Shown here piece by piece: positions 58,469-64,000 of a stretch of 64,000 bases of DNA; the stretch's first letter is position 1; the number at the start of each line of letters is the position of its first letter. Location: contig OZ244561.1 of the NCBI GenBank assembly GCA_965217585.1, forward strand, positions 6,272,001-6,336,000, given 5' to 3'. The notes below the pieces were generated by a model, which worked only from the letters and a program-made list of their open reading frames with translations, ran no database searches and was not told the DNA's origin. Source of the DNA: Candidatus Latescibacterota bacterium (GTDB lineage Bacteria > Latescibacterota > UBA2968 > UBA8231). A program made the position numbers and the translations under genes.

Positions 58469-58508
58469 AAAAAACGGGCACTTGCGACCCATCGCAGGTG
58501 CCCGTTTT
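58469..58508. terminator. Bidirectional terminator after tRNA-Lys
   Basis: AAAACGGGCACTTGCGA-CCCA-TCGCAGGTGCCCGTTTT. Confidence 0.85.
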
Positions 58509-58526
58509 GCTTGATTTTGCTTTTGT

Positions 58527-59327
58527 TTAAGTAAGCCGCACTACGTCCTCCTTGACGATCTCCTTGACATGGGTGTAGTGGGCCGGGGCCATCAGCTCTA
58601 TAGTCTGCGGTGACAAGCGGTCATAGAGGACTTCTGGGACCGCAGCTTGGCCCTTGAATTGGGGCCGGTAGCGCAACACCAAGGTGCGGCGCAGGCGATC
58701 TTTGGGCTTCCATTGTAAGGTCCCGTGGGCCAGCATTTCCGTCATTACCACGGCGTCTCCGGCCCGCGGCGTCACATTGACGACCCCAACAGGCAGGTCT
58801 TCCCGATGGGCGGTGACGCCGCCGTTGAACAGGCTGGGCGGCCGCGCAAACGCCGCCTTGTGCGAGCCTGGGACCACCAACAAGCCGCCGTCGCTTGGGA
58901 AGACGTCGTCGAAATAGGGGAAGATGACGAAATCGTCGCAGAAGATGCGGTCCTCGCGGGTGTCGTAGCGCGTGCTTTGCCAGCCAAAGTCCTCGCGGGC
59001 ACAATGCAGGCGCAGTGGCTCGTGCTGGTGGCTATCTACCAACAGGGTTCCCCGGCTAAAAGCGGGCCGGTCGTGGGTGAACTCTTTGATGAGGGGCCAC
59101 AGGATGGGGTGAAAGATCAGGGATTCGAGCGCCTTGTCGAAAGCAAAGCCGTTGGCGTAGGACTTGCCGTCGTCGGAGCGGGAAAAGCCCTCGGGTAGCT
59201 CGTCGTCGGGGGTGGCTGTATAGCGGTCCACAGCCGCTCGGGCGGCCGCTAGTTCGCTGTCGCTGAGCACATTGGGAAGGTGCAGATAGCCGTTGATGTC
59301 GAACAGATAGCGCTGTTCGGGGGTCAT
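58527..59327 (-). CDS. PhyH-family Fe(II)/2OG enzyme with non-canonical HxA motif
   Basis: QRYLFDINGYL start, LRLHCARED, DGGLLVVPGSHK, AGDAVV, LAHGTLQW, RRTLVLRY. Confidence 0.85.
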   Translation of the reverse strand: MTPEQRYLFDINGYLHLPNVLSDSELAAARAAVDRYTATPDDELPEGFSRSDDGKSYANGFAFDKALESLIFHPILWPLIKEFTHDRPAFSRGTLLVDSHQHEPLRLHCAREDFGWQSTRYDTREDRIFCDDFVIFPYFDDVFPSDGGLLVVPGSHKAAFARPPSLFNGGVTAHREDLPVGVVNVTPRAGDAVVMTEMLAHGTLQWKPKDRLRRTLVLRYRPQFKGQAAVPEVLYDRLSPQTIELMAPAHYTHVKEIVKEDVVRLT

Positions 59328-60155
59328 TTACGCATCCGCTTCCATCGGCAACATGGTCTCCAGGGTAAAAGCCGCCGCGTGTTTGTGCCCACCGCCGCCG
59401 TAATCGCGCGCTATGCGGCCCACATCCGCGGCCGCGTCCCCCTTGGAGCGCAGATTGTACACGACCCTGCTGTCGGGGCGGATAAAGAACACGGCGGAAA
59501 AGGGATGGCCATCGGCGAGGGCATTGCCGATTTCAGAGGTCAGAAACGTGGCATTGGTAATGGGGACGCGAAACCCGCTGATGGTGGTCCAACCATGGTA
59601 GCGGACGCGCGGCCGGATGAGCCGGTGTTGGAAGCGGAGAATGGCTTGGCCTTCCACGGCGAGGGCTTGCGGCCCTTTTTCGGCGATTTCGTCCCACACC
59701 GCAAAGTCGCGCGGGTACGAGGCGAGGGCGGCGTTGACGGCCTTGGAATCGGGTAAGTCCCACCGCCATAGGTCTCGGTCTTCGGTATAGGCCACCAGCC
59801 AGGGGACGTCGTCGGCACTGACCTGAGAGCGGGGATCAAAAAAGTGTTCCCAAGTCATGCGCGCCCCGGACTTGTCCTCGGCGAATACGCAGTAGTCGAG
59901 CCCAGCTAAGGCCTGCGCGGCCGTTTCGTGATGGTCCAAAACCAAGAGCGAGCGGGCGTGGTCGTGCATTTCCATGAGCTGTCCCCGCTCGTAGCTGAAG
60001 TCGAGGATGACGACGTCGCGGTCGGCCGTAGCCGGCGGGTCGGTGTTGTATTGAACCGCCTTAAACTCGGTTTGCGGATTGACGTAGCGGCGATAGATCC
60101 ACGCGGCACAGAAGCCGTCGTTGCAGCCTCCGTGGAACAGGACCAGAGGTTTCAT
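59328..60155 (-). CDS. DHH/DHHA1 family phosphoesterase (NrnB-like)
   Basis: FHGGCNDGF, ILDFS, LDHHETA, SGARMTW, EDRDLW, LRS, YGGGGHKHAAAF. Confidence 0.9.
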   Translation of the reverse strand: MKPLVLFHGGCNDGFCAAWIYRRYVNPQTEFKAVQYNTDPPATADRDVVILDFSYERGQLMEMHDHARSLLVLDHHETAAQALAGLDYCVFAEDKSGARMTWEHFFDPRSQVSADDVPWLVAYTEDRDLWRWDLPDSKAVNAALASYPRDFAVWDEIAEKGPQALAVEGQAILRFQHRLIRPRVRYHGWTTISGFRVPITNATFLTSEIGNALADGHPFSAVFFIRPDSRVVYNLRSKGDAAADVGRIARDYGGGGHKHAAAFTLETMLPMEADA

Positions 60156-60245
60156 GAATTAGAGGCCCCTTCCTTGACAGGGATGAGAGGCGGGCGATAT
60201 GTTTTTCTCAATATATCGCGTCCCCTGTACATCGGAAAGGCCAAA

Positions 60246-60506
60246 GTGGAAGACACTACTCCTGTAATAAAAGCCTATCTCAATCCGTATTGTCCTTGGA
60301 GTCCGGGAGTGCGGGCGGTACTCGATAGGGCCGGGTTACAATACGAGGAATTGGATACAACCAACGACCGCAAAGCCTTTGAGGAAATGGTCGCCAAGAG
60401 CCGACAGTACGCCTCTCCCTGCGTGGAAATCGACGGCGTTATGCTGGCCGATGTGGGGGGAGAGGAGGTTGCGGCGTGGTTGCGGCAGCGCGGCTTGCTA
60501 TGTTGA
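60246..60506 (+). CDS. Glutaredoxin-like protein (CPWS)
   Basis: YLNPYCPWS, SRQYASPCVEIDG, LADVGGEEV; GTG start after SD GGAAAGG. Confidence 0.85.
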   Translation: MEDTTPVIKAYLNPYCPWSPGVRAVLDRAGLQYEELDTTNDRKAFEEMVAKSRQYASPCVEIDGVMLADVGGEEVAAWLRQRGLLC

Positions 60507-61828
60507 TCAAGACCAGGGTGGGGATATTCTGCTTGGTGGTTTTGTACGCGGTCTCCAGTCGCCCAGCCGCCGCAGAGGCCAAGCCTCTGATCCTCGACTT
60601 GCAGACCGGGTTGACTTTGGTGCAAGAAAACAACGAACGCCTGTTGCAAGCCCGCATTGACCTGCTGCGCGGTCGCGAGGAACTCCGCGTGGCGCGAGCG
60701 GCAGGTCTGCCGCAGGTCGATGCCTCCTTCACGTATAGCCGCAACTGGCTGCTGCCTTCTTTTGTTTTTGCCGGCAATGCCGTCAGGATCGGTACGGAAA
60801 ACAACCTCACGGGCGTCGTGAGCATGCGCCAGCCGCTCTATGCCGGAGGCCGCATTCGCGCTACCGAGGACATGGCCCGCCGCCAATTTGCCATGCTTGG
60901 CGAGACCAAGAGGCAGACAACACAGCTCGTGGCAGCCGAGGTGGAGGAGCGCTTTTACGATCTGCTCCTAGCAGCGGAATTGCGCACGGTGTCGCATCTA
61001 GCGCTTGCATGGGCCAAGCACAATCTATCCCAGGTGGAGGCATGGGCGCAGGCTGGCCGGGCCGCTGAGCTCGACCAGTTGCGCGCTCAGGTGCAGGTCT
61101 CGAACATGCGCGCCGACTCCATCCGCGCCGAAAACAACCTGCGGCTGGCCACTATGGCCCTCAAGGATGTCGTTGGTTTAGACTTGGATCGGGCCATAGA
61201 AGTGCGGGGAACGTTTCGCACCGAGACGGCGCTCGATCTCAATGATCTGGACGCCCTCGTCGCCTTGGGGCTAGCGAAGCGGCCAGAACTGGGGCAAGTC
61301 GAGCAAGAAATAGGATGGTACGAGCGAAAGATCACCGCCGATCAGGCGTCCACCCGGCCTAGGGTGGAACTAGTAGCCACTGGGCAAACCCAGTTCCAGA
61401 GCGATGGGTTCGACCTAGCCGATCGGGAGTGGCGCAAGAGTTGGAACACCGGGTTGGTAGTGCAAATACCGCTTTTCGACGGGCGGCTCACCGGGGCGCG
61501 AGTAGCGCAGGCGCGGCAGGACCTGCGCCGGATAGAGTACGACCATCAACGGATCGCAAGACAGGTGCGGCTGCAAATCCAGCAGGCCTATTATGCCGTC
61601 GAGGAAGCCAGCGAGCGCATTGAGGCCCACCGCGATGCGGTATTGCAGGCCGAGAAGGGGCTGGAAGTCGCCGAGTTACGCTATGCGAGCGGGGTCGGCA
61701 CGCAATTGGAAAATCTGGACGCGCAATTGGCCCTAGTAGAGACCCGCACCCAAAGCGCTGTCGCTCGCCGCGACAAGGCGCTTGCCCTGATGCGGCTCGA
61801 ACAGACCGTGGGCGTCCTCGGTGAGTAG
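60500..61828 (+). CDS. TolC family outer membrane efflux protein
   Basis: Signal peptide; two OEP repeats (LPQVD...QPLYAGG; RPEL...IPLFDG; RYASGVGTQLENLDAQ). Confidence 0.92.
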   Translation: MLIKTRVGIFCLVVLYAVSSRPAAAEAKPLILDLQTGLTLVQENNERLLQARIDLLRGREELRVARAAGLPQVDASFTYSRNWLLPSFVFAGNAVRIGTENNLTGVVSMRQPLYAGGRIRATEDMARRQFAMLGETKRQTTQLVAAEVEERFYDLLLAAELRTVSHLALAWAKHNLSQVEAWAQAGRAAELDQLRAQVQVSNMRADSIRAENNLRLATMALKDVVGLDLDRAIEVRGTFRTETALDLNDLDALVALGLAKRPELGQVEQEIGWYERKITADQASTRPRVELVATGQTQFQSDGFDLADREWRKSWNTGLVVQIPLFDGRLTGARVAQARQDLRRIEYDHQRIARQVRLQIQQAYYAVEEASERIEAHRDAVLQAEKGLEVAELRYASGVGTQLENLDAQLALVETRTQSAVARRDKALALMRLEQTVGVLGE

Positions 61829-61865
61829 TAAACCACAAACACTTAACAGGAAAGGGAAGACCGCC

Positions 61866-63080
61866 ATGGGCGATAGACAATACACGGTTAGAGCCTCGCA
61901 TTGCCACCATCGGGCGAGTGAGGAAGAGATATACGAGGTCCTCAAACGGACTACCGATCCGCTGGAGCGCTCTTGGAAGAAGCTGGAAAAAGCGCGGCGG
62001 ATCGCATTAAAATTCAATATGATCAAGCCGCCGGAGCGCATAGAGTACTTCGCTGGCCGCCGGAGGGAGTTGGTCGATGATGCCGTGGCCCGCGCGGTGC
62101 TGCGCCTGCTGCGAGAGCGGACGACAGCCGAGCTAATCGCCACCGACACCTACCCCTACGGCAACGGCCATGTAACGCCCGACGACTTCAACTACCGCTA
62201 TATATTGGACGATTTTGACGTTCGCTACGTGGACTCGAATTTGCCTCCCTTTGCCACATACGATGTGCCCGGTGGCGGCTGCATGTTCGACCGCTACCTG
62301 CTCAATGCCATCTTTGCCGAGGCCGACGAGGTGGTATCCATCGCCAAGATGAAGAATCACGCCTTTATGGGCATTACATTGACCCTGAAAAACCTCTTTG
62401 GCCTGCCTCCGATGATTCCGCCGGAAGGACGGACGCGGTCGTATTACCACCATCTAATCCGGCTTTCTTACGTCCTACCGGACTTGGGCATGATTACCAA
62501 ACCCTGCCTCAATATCGTCGAGGCCCTCACCGGCCAATGGGGCCGCGAATGGGGTGGCGAGGGCCGGATTTGCAACGCGTTGATGGCCGGCGATCATCCG
62601 GTGGCGACCGATGCTTGCGGCATGACCTTGATGGGCCACGATCCCCACTCCGATTGGCCGACCCCGCCTTTCCGCCGCGATCGCAATCACCTGCTGATAG
62701 CTGCCGAGCACGGCTTTGGCACAGTGGATTTGAACGAGATCGACTTTGCGAGTGAGGTCGAGGCCCCGTTGGCCGAATTTGACTCCGTATCTACGGACCC
62801 AGACGCCACGGTGGCCAATTGGCGGTGCACCACCTGTGAGCAGGGGCTGATCTACCAAGACGAACAGCGGAAGCTAACCGACCGCTATCGAGGGGAGTTC
62901 ATCTATATGCAGGACGGCCAAGTGGTGTGGAACGGGGCCGACCCGAGCAACCTCGGCAGCCGCCGCAAACTCAGCGGCGACAGGAAGGACAGCGCCCTTT
63001 GGCTCAAGTACGTCGATCCGGAAGAGGGGGAAGGGGAGCGCTTCGAGCGCTACAGCGAGTGTTTGCGGCTGGCGTCTTAA
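61866..63080 (+). CDS. DUF362 domain protein with C-terminal extension
   Basis: IALKFNM, SIAKMKNH, GITLTLKNLFG, DHPVATD, HLLIAAEHGFG. Confidence 0.82.
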   Translation: MGDRQYTVRASHCHHRASEEEIYEVLKRTTDPLERSWKKLEKARRIALKFNMIKPPERIEYFAGRRRELVDDAVARAVLRLLRERTTAELIATDTYPYGNGHVTPDDFNYRYILDDFDVRYVDSNLPPFATYDVPGGGCMFDRYLLNAIFAEADEVVSIAKMKNHAFMGITLTLKNLFGLPPMIPPEGRTRSYYHHLIRLSYVLPDLGMITKPCLNIVEALTGQWGREWGGEGRICNALMAGDHPVATDACGMTLMGHDPHSDWPTPPFRRDRNHLLIAAEHGFGTVDLNEIDFASEVEAPLAEFDSVSTDPDATVANWRCTTCEQGLIYQDEQRKLTDRYRGEFIYMQDGQVVWNGADPSNLGSRRKLSGDRKDSALWLKYVDPEEGEGERFERYSECLRLAS

Positions 63081-63094
63081 CGCAGGAGGAGCAG

Positions 63095-63457
63095 ATGATT
63101 AGGGGCGACAAGGAACTGTATGTAGTCGGCGACCGCGTGCTCATCCGGATTGACGACATGGAAGAGCGCACGGCCGTAGGGCTTTATTTGCCGCCGACCG
63201 CCTTGGAAAAGGAGAATGTGCAAAGCGGGCGCATCGAAGAAGTGGGGCCGGGCGTTCCCCTGCCGCCGAAAACCGATGACGACGGTGCACCTTGGGAAGA
63301 GGGGGGCGAGCAGATGCGCTACATCGGCCTCCAGGCCAAAAAAGGCGACCACGCCATTTTCTTGCGCAAAGATGCGGTGGAAATCAAGTTCGACAACGAG
63401 AAGTTTATCGTCGTGCCGCAGGCGGCGATCTTGGTGCTCGTCCGGGACATTGCTTGA
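63095..63457 (+). CDS. Co-chaperonin GroES family protein (orphan, with an inserted loop)
   Basis: VVGDRVLI, TAVGLYLPP, GRIEEVGPG, AKKGD, AILV; SD AGGAGGAG. Confidence 0.88.
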   Translation: MIRGDKELYVVGDRVLIRIDDMEERTAVGLYLPPTALEKENVQSGRIEEVGPGVPLPPKTDDDGAPWEEGGEQMRYIGLQAKKGDHAIFLRKDAVEIKFDNEKFIVVPQAAILVLVRDIA

Positions 63458-63494
63458 GGGCCGTTTGGGACCGTATGCAGGAAAGGAGAAGGAA

Positions 63495-63824
63495 ATGGGC
63501 GTTGCTGATCTGATTCAAAAATTCCAGTTTGTCGTGGACTCTAATGGCGAGAAGCAATCAGTGCTAATCGACTATGCGGTTTGGGAAGAGCTGTTGAACT
63601 TGCTGGAGGACCTTGAAGACTCAGAGGAAATCAGTCGCCTACGCGACGCGGCAGAAGAATCCATTCCATGGGATCAGGCTAAGGTGGAACCGCTATCTGA
63701 TGATAAATTCGAGGCCCTAGCCGATCAGTTGGCCGACGTTTTTATGGATTATGTTGATCCCGATTGCCCCCCATTATCCGATTACGCGGTTAGCCGCAAA
63801 GGACTTTACGAGGATCATTTATAG
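63495..63824 (+). CDS. Antitoxin-like protein, apparently a fusion of two antitoxins
   Basis: QFVVDSNGEKQSVLIDY...LLEDLED...SIPWDQAK followed by FEALADQL...PPLSDYAVSRKGLYEDHL. Confidence 0.6.
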   Translation: MGVADLIQKFQFVVDSNGEKQSVLIDYAVWEELLNLLEDLEDSEEISRLRDAAEESIPWDQAKVEPLSDDKFEALADQLADVFMDYVDPDCPPLSDYAVSRKGLYEDHL

Positions 63825-63826
63825 TC

Positions 63827-63872
63827 GTGATTTATCTGGTCGATTGTGGCCGTTGACCCCGAGACGGTTTAG
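63827..63872 (+). pseudogene. Relic of a PIN/VapC toxin gene with an internal deletion
   Basis: GTG-ATT-TAT-CTG-GTC-GAT (MIYLVD) joined out of frame to ATT-GTG-GCC-GTT-GAC-CCC-GAG-ACG-GTT-TAG (IVAVDPETV*). Confidence 0.55.
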
Positions 63873-64000
63873 ATGATCCATCGTGCCGCTGCCCTCAGTC
63901 AAGGTCCGCTCCTCTGGTCTGGCGAACACTGGATTCTCTATCTGAGTCTGCCTGGAGCCAAAGCTGACAGCGGACAACTTAGTCTGTACAACGCGGCCTA
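63873..64000 (+). CDS. Hypothetical protein, 5' part truncated by the window edge
   Basis: Open frame MIHRAAALSQGPLLWSGEHWILYL... runs to the end of the window. Confidence 0.45.
   Translation, partial: MIHRAAALSQGPLLWSGEHWILYLSLPGAKADSGQLSLYNAA

Noticed and set aside
58393-60155. Integrative element at tRNA-Lys (also considered for tRNA-fMet and tRNA-Tyr)
   Set aside because: No integrase, and I noticed no duplicated tRNA 3' end; each tRNA is followed directly by its terminator.
60246-60506. Selenocysteine-containing glutaredoxin
   Set aside because: The active site is TGT-CCT-TGG-AGT (CPWS) with no in-frame TGA.

Overview
Bacterial chromosomal window from a GC-rich diderm. The gene content (several PhyH dioxygenases, DHDPS and enolase paralogues, Gfo/Idh/MocA enzymes, a CRTAC1-like protein, a giant Ig-repeat autotransporter) resembles uncultured Latescibacterota/Poribacteria-like host-associated heterotrophs; that is inference only. 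It holds about 57 CDS, three tRNAs (fMet, Tyr, Lys), a housekeeping core (lnt, CorC-like, ybeY, 7TM-HD, phoH, aspS, rpsT, lepA, hemW, mdh, argG), a CysM-JAB-sulfur carrier-CysK cluster, and several catabolic clusters. I saw no CRISPR array, rRNA, integrase or transposase. The best leads are: (1) a PhyH-fold dioxygenase with HxA instead of HxD, a halogenase signature, coupled to a DHH phosphoesterase; (2) an orphan MotA/ExbB + ExbD-like motor co-transcribed with a C-terminally anchored exported protein, facing two coiled-coil envelope proteins; (3) an 11-kb autotransporter with 33 Ig-like domains, including 8 x 855-bp repeats, behind a structured leader with a uORF; (4) a collapsed toxin-antitoxin locus in which only the two ends of a PIN toxin gene survive. 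All family calls come from motifs read by eye; no searches were run.
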